Below, in pieces: positions 27,761 through 42,897 of a stretch of 64,000 bases of DNA. Within the stretch, counting starts at the first letter, position 1. Each line of letters starts with the position of its first letter. The stretch is taken from contig NC_043005.1 of the NCBI RefSeq assembly GCF_006345805.1, positions 18,166,001 through 18,230,000 on the forward strand, read 5' to 3'. The position numbers and the translations under genes are program-made. The DNA comes from Octopus sinensis. Lineage: Eukaryota. The notes under the pieces were generated by a model, which was not told the origin of the DNA, searched no databases, and saw nothing but the letters and a program-made list of their open reading frames with translations.

Positions 27761-28209
27761 GTAAACTGCGCCTGAGATGTTTTGTTTTTGCAGAGTTCTT
27801 CCTTACACATGCATACAACTGAGTGTTTTGTAGATGTATTCGTCTTCTTTACGTTCTGAGTTCAAATCCTGTGGAGGTCAACTTGGCATTTTATTATTTC
27901 GTGGTCAATAACATATGAACAACCGTTAAGTGCTCCCACTAAAATTCTAGGCCTTATGCCAACAGATAGAAATAATAACAACGATTGCCAAAAGGGCAGA
28001 AATTGAGTATGTGTGTGGAGGGGGATGAGTCGATAACATCGACCCCAGTGTCCAACTGGTACTTATTTTATCGACCCCGAAAGGATGAAAGGTGAAGTCG
28101 ATCTTGACGGAACTTATAATAATAATAATAATAATAAAATAATTATAATAATAATAAATAAATAAATAAATAAATAAATAATAATAATAACAACAACAAC
28201 AACTATAAC

Positions 28210-28265
<56 letters not shown>

Positions 28266-28271
28266 TGATGT

Positions 28272-28326
<55 letters not shown>

Positions 28327-28328
28327 AA

Positions 28329-28525
28329 AAGGTAGCGTGCTGGCAGAAACGTTAGCACGCCGGGCGAAATGCTTAGCAGTATTTCGTCTGTCTTTACGTT
28401 CTGAGTTCAAATTTCACCGAGGTCGTCTTTGCCTTTCATCTATTCGGGGTCGATAAATTAAGTACCAGTTGCGTACTGGGGTCGATCTAATCGACTGGCC
28501 CCCTCCCCCAAAATTCCGTGCCTTG
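28329..28525 (+). mobile_element. Family A SINE next to an (AAT)/(GAT)n tract
   Basis: Full body with the GGCCCCCTCCCC-type tail. Confidence 0.8.
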
Positions 28526-29102
28526 TGCCTGGAGTAGAAAACAATATTAGTATTATTTCAGATCTGTTCTCTGACGGTGTATGGCAGATGGAAAAGAACG
28601 GATAAGAAGATACAGAATTTTGTTTTGCCTATTTTCTGGGTAAGGCTGCCTCCATAGACTTGTACCCTATAGTGATGCATTGAATTCTGTTTCATTAGTT
28701 CCGCCACGGGTATGAAAACCAGTGCATTCGATCCACTATGAACATAAACACAACATTCTCTGTGGATAGTGGTATCTGTTGTTGCTGATATTTAGCCCAT
28801 GGTCAGACCCGGATGAATACATTCCGGATATTCTTTTATTCATTTATTCTTTTATTCTTTTATTCTTTTACTTGTTTCAGTCATTTGACTGCGGCCATGC
28901 TGGAGCACCGCCTCTAGTCGAACAAATCGACCCCGGGACTTATTCTTTGTAAGCCCAGTACTTATTCTATCGGTCCCTTCGAACTACAATGTCGAACGTA
29001 TCTTTTTTCTTTTTATTTCTTTATTTGTATTTTGTAATGGCAATAGGATGGGACATGGGGCAGACTGATTGTTATTCTAAGAGGATGTCGGCAACGTTGT
29101 CG

Positions 29103-30025
29103 GTGAGCTGGCAGAAACGTTAGCACGCCGGACGAAATGCCTAGCGGTATTTTGTCTGTCGTTACGTTCTGAGTTCAAATTCCGCCGAGGTCGACTTTGC
29201 CTTTCATCCTTTCGGGGTCGATAGATTAAGTACCAGTTACGCACTGGGGTCGATGTAATCGACTTAATACCCATGTCTGTCCTTGTTTGTCCCCTCTATG
29301 TTTAGCCCCTTGTGGGTAATAAAGAAATAGGTTGCCGTTGAAGCTGTTGTCGATGCTGTTGTGATTCTGTCTATGGTGGTCGTAGTTCAGGGAGCGATAT
29401 CGTCCTGGGCAGTTTGTGTTTTTTTTCCTTTCTCGCAGATGAATTACAGTTATAGTTATGTAGTAGCTGTTGTTGCTTATCATCAAACGAGCGTTGGACG
29501 TAAAGGACGGGCCTATGTTTGATTTGTGATATACAAAACAGTCCTGACCATCCAGACATTTTGTATATCAGAAACTGCATTGTTTAATGTGTGTTTCTGG
29601 TTGTTATTTTTACGGGCTGGCAGAAACGTTAGCGCACCGGGCGAAATGCTTAGCGGTATTTCGTCCACCGTTACGCTCTGAGTTCAAATTTCGCCGAGGT
29701 CGACTTAGCCTTTCATCCTTTCGAGGTCGATAAATTAAGCACCAGTTACGCACTGGAGTCTATGTAATCGACTTAATACCTATGTCTGTCCTTGTTTGTC
29801 CCCTCTATCTTTAGCCCCTTGTGGGTAATAAAGGAATAGGTATTTCGTCTACCGTTACGCTCTGAGTTCAAATTTCGCCGAGGTCGACTTAGCCTTTCAT
29901 CCTTTCGAGGTCGATAAATTAAGTACCAGTTACGTACTGGGGTCGATGTAATCGACTTAATTCGTTTGTCTGTTTTTGTTTGTCCCCTCTATGTTTAGCT
30001 CCTTGTGGGTAATAAAGAAACATAT
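29103..30025 (+). mobile_element. Family A SINE cluster (29103-29330, plus tandem pair 29615-30025)
   Basis: Three body matches. The last unit is headless and starts GGTATTTCGTC right after the previous tail. Confidence 0.8.
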
Positions 30026-30279
30026 TTTTAAAAGAAAAACGTGTGATTTGAGGGTCGTTTAGCTGATATTTCTAACAAGTCGAATGACCACGTTGCCGCT
30101 CTCTTGGTAAAGTAAGTGACCCGTGGGAGTGAATGAATAGCATTTATGCAGTTACTAATTGATATCGCGTGTATGGTGTGTGAGAGAATCGAAACCGGTT
30201 AGCCGATGTAACTACATGCCAGCCATATTTGCATAGGAGTTAGCCTAGGAGGTAGTTTGGTCTGCATGAAAGAGCAGCT

Positions 30280-30815
30280 AAATCTATCCAAAAAACCCCC
30301 AGAAAATGCAAACAAAAAATAACGAGTTCATAGTTTGAAATAAAGATAAACCTGTACAAGCAGAATTCTTTTGACCATGGGTCTGCTTGATCAGGACTTA
30401 GACCTAATAACACAACAACAATAAAAACAATAACAACAACGACTAAAACAACAACAACAAATCTATCCAACCCCATCCCCCCAGAAAATACAAACAAAAA
30501 ATAACAAGTTTATAGTTTGAAATAAAGATAAACCTGTACAAGCGGAATTCATTTGACCATGGGTCTGCTTGATCAGGACTTAGACCTAATCAACAACAAC
30601 AACAATAACAACAACGACTAAAACAACAACAACAAATCTATCCAACCCCATCCCCCCAGAAAATACAAACAAAAAAAATACAAGTTTAGTTTGAAATAAA
30701 GATAAAACGCTGTACAAGCGGAATTCATTTGACCATGGGTCTGCTTGGTCAGGACTTAGACCTAATCAACAACAACAACAATAACAACAACGACTAAAAC
30801 AACAACAACAACAAC
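30280..30815. repeat. Three-unit tandem repeat, ~175-182-bp units
   Basis: AAATCTATCC starts at 30280, 30459 and 30634. Each unit contains GACCATGGGTCTGCTTG(A/G)TCAGGACTTAGACC and (CAA)n. Confidence 0.9.
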
Positions 30816-31074
30816 GGCCTCATATCACACATAAAATATACCACCGAACACACACACAGATAAAAGCAGGCAGACACACACACACAGCTCCTGCGTGCAC
30901 ATAAAACATGCATATTTCCATGAATTTGTGGCGAAGTAAATAAACATGGACAAAATAACATAAATGTGAATGTATGTGTTGTTCAAATATTTAGTTAATT
31001 TTAGTCATGATAGCCAAGGCCAAGCTGGAGCACATATAATGATTGCATGTATGTGCATGCGTAAGTGTCGTTTA

Positions 31075-31151
<77 letters not shown>

Positions 31152-31180
31152 GTCTGTCTATCTGTCTATCTGTCTATCTG

Positions 31181-31241
<61 letters not shown>

Positions 31242-31432
31242 ACATACTCATATGCAAATATGAGTGTGTGTATATGTATGTGTATGTATGTATGTATGTA
31301 TGTATGCTCGAACATGAACACGTATTCTGTAGATGTATAACGATGTATGATTGTAAACATACATGGTATTCGCGCGTATATCTACATACATATATGTGTA
31401 TGTGTGTGTAATACACACACAAACATATGTAT

Positions 31433-31463
<31 letters not shown>

Positions 31464-31732
31464 CAGACACACATATGCATATGTAGATACAACGAGATAC
31501 ACATCAACTGCAATAACAAAATAGCAGATGATCGACATAAACATACACGCACACAAGGTGTATCTTTGTATGTGTGCGCGCATGACTGTGTGTATACTAC
31601 TTAATGTGGTATATATATATATATATTATCTACATCTATATATATATACATATATATATATATGTGTATATATATATAATAAAATAATATATATATATAT
31701 ATAAATATATACATATATATGTGTGTATATTT

Positions 31733-31832
31733 NNNNNNNNNNNNNNNNNNNNNNNNNNNNNNNNNNNNNNNNNNNNNNNNNNNNNNNNNNNNNNNNNNNN
31801 NNNNNNNNNNNNNNNNNNNNNNNNNNNNNNNN
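31733..31832. other. Assembly gap (100 N)
   Basis: Exactly 100 N, typical of a gap of unknown size. Confidence 0.99.
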
Positions 31833-31978
31833 CTCTTTACATTTGCAAGTTTTTGAAATATGATTGAAGACATAAAATTAAAAACAGAGTTTGAATGTCA
31901 TGATCCCTACACCACTCTACACAAACACACACACACGCATGAATATATGTGTATATATGTGTGTATATGAGCATGTGT

Positions 31979-32025
<47 letters not shown>

Positions 32026-32752
32026 GGAGGAGGAGAGAGAGTATGTATGTGTGTAAGATTCCCTCCTAGTCTGGAAACAGAAATTGCGAATGGCGTATCT
32101 GATGCATCGACTCATACAGAAATAGCAGAAAGCAAGAAATAAAGAATAAACAGATGAAGAGGAAAAACAATCGAAAAAAGAAAAAAACAAAACAAACCAC
32201 TAAGCCGCCGGTAAAGATGTTATCATCGTTGAAGTACTTAAAATAGGAGTTTGGTTTAATATGCTACACTTCATACTCAATAGAGTGTGGAAAACAGAAA
32301 AGATTCCTTAAAACAGGATATGTACGTTGATATCACAGATATATGAAGAAGATGACAAACGAAATCTCGCGAAGTACAGAGCTATTAATCTCTTAACATT
32401 ACTGAGAAAATCACTTGTAGCATTCTGGACAAAATGTAAAGTGAAAAAACGAAAAATGATGATGGAAGGTTGTGAGCTGGGGGAATGGTTATAGCACGTC
32501 GGACAAACTGCTTGGCATCATTTCGTCCGTCTTTACATACTCAGTTCAAATGCAGTCGATGTCAGCTTTGCCTCTCATCCTTTCGTAGTCGATAAAATAA
32601 GCACCATTTGAGCACTGGGGTTGATGTAGTCGAGTCGCCCCCTTCCTATGAAAATTACAGGCATTGTGCCTATTGTAGGAATGATTATAAATGAAAATGC
32701 AAGAAAATAAATAACTAAAAAATAATATAAACAACAATACTCTTTTACTCTT

Positions 32753-33162
32753 TTACTTGTTTCAATCATTTGACTGCGGCCATGCTGGAGCACCGCCTTT
32801 AATCGAGCAACTCGACCCCGGGACTTATTGTTTTGTAAGCCTAGTACTTATTCTATCGGTCTCTGTTGCCGAACCGCTAAGTAACGGGGACATAAACACA
32901 CCAGCATCTGTTGTCAAGCAAAACATACAAACACACACACGCATATATATACATACATACATATATATATATATATTATATATATATATATATATACATA
33001 TATACATATATACGACGGGCTTCTTTCAGTTTCCATCTACCAAATCCACTCACAAGGCATTAGTCGGCCCGATAGTAGAAGACACTTGCCACGCAGTGAG
33101 ACTGAACCCGGAACCATGTGGTCGGTAAACAAGCTACTTACCACACAGCCACTCCTGCGCCT
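32753..33162 (-). mobile_element. Family B SINE
   Basis: All modules present; ends at CACTCCTGCGCCT. Confidence 0.85.
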
Positions 33163-33694
33163 ATAAATAACTATAAATAAATAAGCAAGAAGTAGCGTGA
33201 CATTTTAGTTTTGTCGTGTGCAAACTTTTTCCGACAGTTAAGTGAAAGATTTTGTGGAGGACGTTTCATGACATCAATAGGTGTACAATCCAAAATGATG
33301 CGATCTACTGCATCCCTATACAACAAAATTGAGTGAAATATAGTCAGCTGCCGGATTGAATTCCTGTAGGCATATGTCTGAAAGAAAGTTGCATCTTTTC
33401 CACGAATATTTCACTGTTTTCCATCATTTTGTCATGAGAGAACAACAACAAAAGAAGTTAAAATCAGGCGTTCACCGGTAACCTATCCATGTATACTAGA
33501 TAAGATGACGGTACATTCTTCATAAATGGAGAGAGGTGCTCGATTCTGTAACTTAAGATGAACACCATCACACTAAACGATAGAACATATGAGGGAGTAT
33601 GGTTTTCTCGACAGGTAAATACCAAACAAAAAAAAACATGAGAGGATGTAAACAGTAAAACGGCAATACAGTTCTATATCTAAAAGATGAGGAA

Positions 33695-34157
<463 letters not shown>

Positions 34158-34511
34158 GTTAAAAGGCAGATCAAACTTGCATCTTCAACATGCACGACTA
34201 CGACAAACAGACAAGAACAGACTCAATGCAGAAGTCAATAATTCAAAGCTGTAAAACGACTACTTTATAGATGAAGTAATCCATGGATCTTCAAAGAGGT
34301 CAACTTCCTTAATCAAAATTGCCTCCAGTAACAGCGGAGTGCGGGAACCTCGATTGTAGAAGTGGCATAAGTCCAGCTAGTGAAAACAATTGAGTTGTAA
34401 CATTAGTTAATCTGACGATCGCACAGGATTGAAACTCGAATCGTCTGACATCTCAGGATTACTTCAGTTGAAATATCTACCTATCTATCGACGCTTCTAC
34501 GCTTCTACGCT

Positions 34512-34561
<50 letters not shown>

Positions 34562-34612
34562 ACATACACACTCCCTTTCTGTTTGTTCCTCTCTCTTTCT
34601 CTGTGTACGTGA

Positions 34613-34667
<55 letters not shown>

Positions 34668-34703
34668 AATAAATATTAGAGAATAAATCCAGAGATCGAA
34701 AAT

Positions 34704-34746
34704 CCACCTGACGAATGTCATTGAAGACATGAAACGATTGTAGTGG
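34704..34746 (+). ncRNA. Type I hammerhead ribozyme motif, all core bases intact
   Basis: CCAC-CTGACGA-ATGTC attgaa GACAT-GAAAC gatt GTA-GTGG: 4-bp helix I, 5-bp helix II, 2-bp helix III with a 4-nt loop, GUA cleavage triplet. Confidence 0.8.
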
Positions 34747-34931
34747 CGGTTTATTTCTTTATATTAAAAATTTTTATGTATTGATTAAGTCTTTCCTTGT
34801 TTGTTTTGCAAAATAGTGGTTTTGTCTCGAATTAATATTAATATATATATATATATATTATATAATATATATATTATATATATTATATATATTATATATA
34901 TATTATATATATAATATATATATATATATAT

Positions 34932-34964
<33 letters not shown>

Positions 34965-36283
34965 GCAAACCGGTCTTTTCGGCTTGACCGCTGCCATGTT
35001 AACGTTTGTTTTCGTTTTGCCGCAAAGGCATTTTTCAAATACGCCAGCCAAGATAAGTTAAAAATTGTCTAAAGTCGTAAGACGCCCGCTGTTTTTGTCC
35101 TGCTTACCATTCTATTTCTATTTCTTACCATTCTATTTCTATTTCTACTTTTTGTTTCTTGTATTTATATTCGTGTGGCATCCTGTCTTTGTTTCGTATA
35201 CATTCGATCCTCTTTCCAAGAAATCTAATGCCTGTGGCTTAGTTTTTCCTTGGGGCTGGCCGGTTCGGAGTGATATCAAGATTAAACAGCCGAAATTGCT
35301 AAGATGATCCGGTTCCGACTGAAGATTAGAGGCTTCGAGTGACCCGTCTGTTTTTTTTTTGTGTCGTCTCTTTGTGGGTTTTTGCGTTCTTGTCCCACTT
35401 TGTAATTTATATTTTATATTTAATTTCTATATATATATATGCATATATATACATATAAATATATACATGTGAGTACATATATATTGTGTGTGTGTGTTTG
35501 TATATGTGTACGTACGTGGCTTCTGAGTGTGCGTATTTGGAAACAAAAGATAGAAGAGATAGAGTTTAATTCTATAAATCTGAACACCTATACTGCTGAC
35601 GCGTGTAATGTTTCATAACCGTGTTAATGAATGAAAATAAATATTTAAGAGACCATGTTTGAAATGTCAGATATAATAAACCAGTTTAATTGAATTTTGT
35701 CTGAAATAGTCTATTAATAAATTATTGATATACGTTAGCTCATACAACATACCTAGTTCTGCTAATACATACATTCATTCATTCATGCACACATTCATTT
35801 ATACATACATTCATTCATACATACATACATACATACATACATACATACATACATACATACATACATACATACATACATACATACATACATGCATGCATGC
35901 ATACATACATACATACATACATACATAAATTCATGAATGAATGCATATATACATAAAACCATGCATACATGTATATAAACAAACCTACATATATACATAC
36001 AGGCATGCATGCAAATATATATACATGCATACATACATGCATACATACATGCATATATAATACATACAGGCATACGTACATATAAACATACATACAAATA
36101 TGCATACATGCAAATATGCATACATACACACATACAAACACGCATGCATACAAACATACACACATGCATACATACATACAAACATACATACATACCAACA
36201 TACATATATACACCTATACAAACATGCATACATATATACAAACATACATATATGCATGCAGATATACATGCATACATACATAC

Positions 36284-37866
36284 ATTGTTTCTTTGTAGAT
36301 GACTTAACATTTATGCAAAGAAAATGGATGAGATAAAAAAGAGCCTTGACTTGGTTACAACATTCTCATAGGATTTTGGGTTGGAGTTTGGTCAGGATAA
36401 ATGTTGTTATAGGGTTATGAAAAAAGGGAAACTATAAACCAGACTAGTAGCATCTCCGTCAATGATTTGACTGTTTCCCCTGTATCTGACGGGGAATGTT
36501 ACAGGTATCTAGGTGTGGATGAAAATATATCTGACAGTGGCACCTGTAACAAAACACGTGTCTCGAAAGAATATTACAGCCGAATAAAGAAAATTTGGGC
36601 CTCAGAACTCTCTGAATTCAATAAAACAGTGGCCCACAATGTGTTTGCAGTGCCAGTACTCATACCAACATTTTGCATGTTTGATTGGAGGCTTGATGAA
36701 ATCTGAGCAGCCATTGATGTGAAAACCCGAAAAATACTAACAGGTACACATAATTTCCACATAAAGAGTGATGTAGACCGCCTCTACCTAAAACGTAAAC
36801 AAGGCGGCAGAGGAATAAAATGGATCCAAAATGCCTTTGAATGTCGCAACATATCTCTTCGGCAACATCTTTTAACCACCAAGTGTCGAAGAGCATCTCT
36901 TGACGAAGTTTGCATGCATGAAGATGATAACATCATAACAGATGGTAGGCAGCTCCTTGAGCAATACTCTTTGTCTGATAACCAAGAATATATGCCCAAA
37001 GAAGTCGCACGACTCTACCACAACATATCATCAGGTGAGAGGATCAGCCTATATGAGCAGAAGACTATGCGTAGATATATCAGTAGAAAGCTTCTTGATG
37101 AGAGTAACATCGAAGATCAAAGCAGTTTATCATGAACGAATAGCCGGATTACTATCTCCCACTTTGAAGGGTATGCGTTTGCAATCCAGGAACAGAAAAT
37201 ATCAACCAAGTACCTGATGCACAAAAGGGACAGACATGCGAGAAAAGCGGTAAAATGTGACAACCGATGCAGACTTTTTGGTGTTCACACTGAACATATC
37301 ACCCACATCGTAAGCATTTGTCCGGAAACATCATCACATTATTATCTACCAATGAGAGACGACGGTGTAGCTAGGACACTCTATAATGAAATCCGTCGGA
37401 AGGATAATCCCGAGGACAAAGAAATAAACCCCCACAATATGGTAGAAGCCATAGCCACTCATATTGAAAAGGAATACTGGTGGAATGTACCAGTGAAGAC
37501 ACCAATAAAATATAAGGACAACAGACCAGATATAATGATTTGGGATGGAACAGAGAAATTGTGCACAGCTGTCGAAATTAACTGCCCAGCACATGTTAAC
37601 ATTAAGCTGAAGATTAGTGAATAAGAGAACACCTATGCTGAACTATTGAGAAATTTACAGTTACTCCATCCAGATTGCAAATTCAGGTTTATACCTGTAA
37701 TTACTGGGGACCTTGGATATGTAACACATTGCCTAAATACCAACCTCGAGAAATTAGGCTTCTCAAAACCAGAAAGGAGAAAGCTGATTCGAAGACTACA
37801 GATCCAGGTCGTCACTAGAACTGTAAAAATGTGTAAAACTTTATAGAAGTTTATCATTTAAGATTG
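36284..37866 (+). pseudogene. 5'-truncated R4/Dong-clade non-LTR retrotransposon (RT 3' half, zinc knuckle, RLE)
   Basis: FFVDDLTF; YRYLGVDE; SDVDRLYLKRKQGGRG; FAIQEQ; CRL..EHITHIVSIC (CCHC-like); NRPDIMIWD..VEINCP (PD..D/E); FIPVITGDLG; ends MCKT..KFII*. Several stops and frameshifts. Confidence 0.9.
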
Positions 37867-39094
37867 GTATGTATGTATGTATGTATGTATGTATGTATGT
37901 AGTATGTATGTATGTATGTATGTATGTATGTATGTGTGTATGTATGTATGTATGCATGTATGTAGCATGTATGTATGTATGTATGTATATATGTATGTAT
38001 GTATGTATGTATATATGTATGTATATCTGCTGTCAGCCTTTCAGTTGAATATATATGGATGTATACAATTATATGCATATGCGTGGGTGCGTGCCATCTG
38101 CTTACTGTTTTCGTTTTTCTTCTGTAATTATATTTCGTCCCCTCGTTCCAGATATGGTGTTTTGTGTGTGTGTGTGTGTGTATGCACATGTGTGTGTTTA
38201 TGCGTGTGTCTCTCTGCGTGTTTGAGCGCATGCGTGCATGTGTATGCTTGTACTCCATTTGTATGTTTGTTTTTCCTGTAGAATTCCTTCCAGCTTTTTC
38301 AATATGTTTTACTGTAGTAGAATAATTGTTTTCACAACAGAAATTGTCTTTCCTGTAACAACCTTCTCTCTATCCTCCACTCTCGCCCTGTCTTTCTGCG
38401 TTCTACAGTCTGCTATTCACATACCTTCTTTTATTTCCCTTTCTACAGAAACCTTTTAAAATTTATTTCTCTGTCGCAGCCTCAGTTTCTATTCTTTCCG
38501 CAATCATTATTTCTTACTTTCTCTTCTCCCCACGAAGCACTCCTGTCTCACTCACCTCCCCGCTCTGCTTTCTTTTCCTTACTTCTTACTTGACATTTCA
38601 GGGGGTCGCAGGTCATTCTCCTCTGCTCTTGGTTTTCTATTGTGCTTTTAACTCATTATTATCGTATTCTGTGCGTAAATTCTTTTCACAAAATGTCTTA
38701 CATTTTTCGTTTACGTTGAAAGATTTTAAACATCTATTGTTTATTATATACATATTTTCCGTTGTCGTCCTTTTACACTCTTTTTCATCTCCATTATTCT
38801 ATCATCTTTGTCTTTCTTTACTTTTCGCTTCTACTCGTCTATACATTGGCAGCTTCGTGCTGTTGAAAGTAGTGTATGGAAGAAATTGTTGGAAAGTGTC
38901 AAAATTGTCATGATATTCGGTCGAAGATAGATGAAGGGATCGAAAATCTTTACAGCTGTTTCTTTTGTTTTCATTTTGTTTTTTCAGTAAAGTATTATTT
39001 CATCTTTTTGAAGTCACTTTTCAATGCATACATACACACACGCAAAAGCACATGCATTCACATAAACATATGTATGTGTACACACACACACACA

Positions 39095-39137
<43 letters not shown>

Positions 39138-39193
39138 AAGTATGTATATATATATATGTATAATATATATGTATATATATATATATATGTATA

Positions 39194-39250
<57 letters not shown>

Positions 39251-39268
39251 TGTATAAGTACATATTTG

Positions 39269-39299
<31 letters not shown>

Positions 39300-39396
39300 G
39301 ATATTTGTAAACAAACAAGAAAGGTTTTGTAAGTTACGGAGAGAAAGCGACTATGGAAGTTTATCAGGACAATAATAACTATATAATGATAATAAC

Positions 39397-39432
<36 letters not shown>

Positions 39433-39446
39433 TAATAATAATAATG

Positions 39447-39479
<33 letters not shown>

Positions 39480-39532
39480 TAATAATAATAATAATAATAA
39501 TAACAAATGCACTCAGAGAGCGTAAACTTCCG

Positions 39533-39590
<58 letters not shown>

Positions 39591-39644
39591 ATACATACAT
39601 ACATACATACATACATACATACATACATACATACAATATATACA

Positions 39645-40310
39645 CGCAAATGTCAAAGAATGAGAGGGAGTGCCTAACATCGCATTGGTGGATAACCTCT
39701 CTTTATTTGTGTATGAAGGTTACCGTTGGTTTCATGTTAAGAGAGATATCTTAGTAATTTTTCAAGCCGATCACTTGGAAAAATATATTGTATATATTGG
39801 TGTTAATATAAAATATATGTAGGTTTTATTACCAAATATAAGTTTGTGGTGCTATGAAATGCATATTTGATAGTATTGTAAAATATACGTAGCCATTGGT
39901 GTGAATTATTCCTGTATGCTACGGTAAAATACATGTTGGCATGAATACTTCCCATATTAAATTTCCCATATTCTGAGTAAAGAATTATGGAAAATATCTC
40001 TCACAACCACGATCTTAGTGGTCATTTGGAAGAAAAGCATGTCTACTTTAACACTAGAAACAAATGAAAAATTAAAACAACGATAACGAAACAATATTCG
40101 CCTATGAAATGAAGATGTGCAATACAATTGCATAAAACAATGATGTCTGGAAAATAGAGTGTGTATTATTTGATAAAGATAAAATGGTTCGGGAATAATG
40201 TTGGGGGAATGATAAAAATTTAGTATAGAGAAACGGTTGTCTAAACTGCAATACAACACTACATGCCGTCGAAACTTCTTTGGTACGCCTACTCTCCACG
40301 ATTTAAAGCG
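39645..40310. repeat. Unclassified ~650-bp repeat, copy 1 (paralog at 42898-43570)
   Basis: Shared collinear blocks, e.g. AAATGTCA..CGCATTGG(T/C)GGATAAC, TAAGTTTGTGGTGCTATGAAAT, AAAAGCATGTCTAC..AACACTAGAAACAAATGAAAAA. Confidence 0.75.
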
Positions 40311-41044
40311 ATAAATAAGTTCTTTAATCCTAACTCCAATGAACTAACACCATTTACATAAATACATATTTAGCAGTCACGAAATTAAAGAAACGGCAAT
40401 CGTATACTCCAGAAGTATCACCTCGTTCATTTCTTTCGGTGTCACAGGTCGTATATTTTGTAATGGCCTTATATTTTTCTCGCATATCACTTTTGATAAC
40501 TAGGTACAATATTCTGTACGGTATTTCGGGTTGATTGTGTAGTTATATTCGAGCGGTTATGTAGTCTATATATTTGGATGACTATCGTTTGTACTGAGCT
40601 GCTTTTAAAGGTTTTATTATTAGTTTATGGCTGACGTCAATTCATTTGCCAATTCGTTGGTTGCTCTGTTATGTTTATCGACTTGGCTATTATTCTTTTA
40701 AATTGTATTTTTTTTATCATAGTCATATCATTGCTTTACAATGGTCAATTTAAAGCTTTTCTGCGCCTGCTAGTCTATTTTGCAATCGTATTTATCAATA
40801 TCTCGCTTTCATTGGGGAATTTAGTTATTACCGTTTCCAATTATGGATTGCGTAATCCTATTCCGTTTTTACAAGAGTATTTTATTTGCTTTTCAAAATT
40901 GAAATTAGCTGGTTCATTGTCCACATTATCAAACTAGCACATTGCCGCTATTCCTCCGGCATTACTCAAGATGTTTAAATAGTTGTGATGTTACAATGAA
41001 AAATATATTGGGATTACTGTTAAATATATACTCAGGTCAATGTA

Positions 41045-41075
<31 letters not shown>

Positions 41076-41079
41076 AATG

Positions 41080-41124
<45 letters not shown>

Positions 41125-41268
41125 AATAAATATATGTGTGTATGTATACATCATTCACACCAGCTTAATTTAATTCGTCTTTAGTCGAAAAACAGCTGTT
41201 GTTATGTCCTGTCGTCCCTTTTTTGTATGATATAACTATCTGGATGTTTTGCGTTCTTGTCCCATTTT

Positions 41269-41322
<54 letters not shown>

Positions 41323-41344
41323 ATAATATATATATATATATTAA

Positions 41345-41375
<31 letters not shown>

Positions 41376-41578
41376 GTATGTGCATATATATATATATATA
41401 ATTTATAATATATATGCTAAAAAATGTCTGAAATCATGGTCGAGAAGATAGATGGTAAATGTTTTTATTTTTCATTCACTTCGAAGTTTATTCCTAAATA
41501 GCGGTTTGGATTTTAGCTGTTCCTTCTAGCGTGCAAGGAATCGTATGACCGATACCTCTTATGTGTTTTAATGTACAC

Positions 41579-41667
<89 letters not shown>

Positions 41668-42597
41668 CGGTGTACGTACACTTAGGTCTGAGGTCTCTTA
41701 TATGTAAGTATATATTTATCTAAATCTTGTACGATACTGTTCTTTTATTTTTTCCTTCTTTCTATCAGCCCCTTCACGCTTACCTCGTTCATTCCACTCG
41801 TCGTTTATTCGTTCCCCTTCTCTCACATTTCCCAGCCTTCTCTTCATGCTCCCTTTCCCTCCTCTTTTTATTTCCCTGTAATATTTTCTCGCCCCTCCTT
41901 ATTTCTTCTGTCATTCGGCCTCTACTCTCACTTCTCTACCCACGTGACAGGTGCTCAGCCAAACCTGACCTTTCTTTCCTGGTTCGGATGTCGTCCGTGC
42001 AACCTCTATATTACTCTCTGTGGCTGTGAAATCATAGAACCCTGCCGTAAGGCTTTACTTCCACACATGCCAGCTTAATTTAGTTCCTCCTTTGTCGAAA
42101 GACACCTGTTGTTATGTCCTGTTATTTTTATTTGTGTAACATTCTCCATTTGTTTCCGTCCTTGTTTTCGTATACATTACTGTTTACTTCCAAGGAATAT
42201 AATGCTCTTAGTTTATTCTTTCCTTGGGGCTGGCCAGATTGCAATGTCGAGTATAACCAACCGAAATTGCAAAGATAATCTGGAAGTCGACTGAGGAAAG
42301 AAAACTCCGAATGACCCGTCCTTGTTTTCTTTGTATCGTCTATCTGGATGTTTTGCGTTCTTGTCCCATTTTGTATTATATATATATATACATACATATA
42401 TACACACACATACATGATTATATACTAATATATCATAATAATAATTTATTCAGTTTGGAGCGAAAATTTTTAAATACGAAAGTTAATGAGCTAACTCCAA
42501 GCAGAATCAACGCTTACACAGCTCCTTTCTCTCCATACACTTACAAAGTCTTTCTGGTTAGTTTATAAACATTACATATATATATATATATATGTAT

Positions 42598-42629
<32 letters not shown>

Positions 42630-42682
42630 GTATGTACACACACACACACACACATATAAATATATATATAAACAGTACAGAG

Positions 42683-42734
42683 TTTTGTCAGTGAAGAGGT
42701 CGCGGTCTCAAAGCGACGAAAATATTTTGACGAA
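42683..42734 (+). ncRNA. Hammerhead motif with core C3>G substitution
   Basis: TTTTGTCA-GTGAAGA-G-GTCGC ggtctcaaa GCGAC-GAAA-ATATTT-TGACGAA: helix I about 7 bp, helix II 5 bp, palindromic AAATATTT helix III. Confidence 0.6.
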
Positions 42735-42832
42735 TTAAATTTAAATGTTGAACTGAATCTAACGGTTTTTGTGTGTTTCTTAAATGGCTTATAAGCACTT
42801 TCCATTTGCTATGGAAGTACGTTTCCGTATTA

Positions 42833-42890
<58 letters not shown>

Positions 42891-42897
42891 CATACAT

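Noticed and set aside
30280-30815. CRISPR-like array
   Set aside because: The units are full-length tandem copies with no unique spacers, in a eukaryotic context.
31601-31873. ORF spanning the N run
   Set aside because: Artefact of translating across an assembly gap.
35290-35350. CTGAAGA/CTGAGGA motifs in the repeat family at 35070-35400 and 42070-42380
   Set aside because: No consistent GAAA, helix III and cleavage triplet could be folded in either copy.
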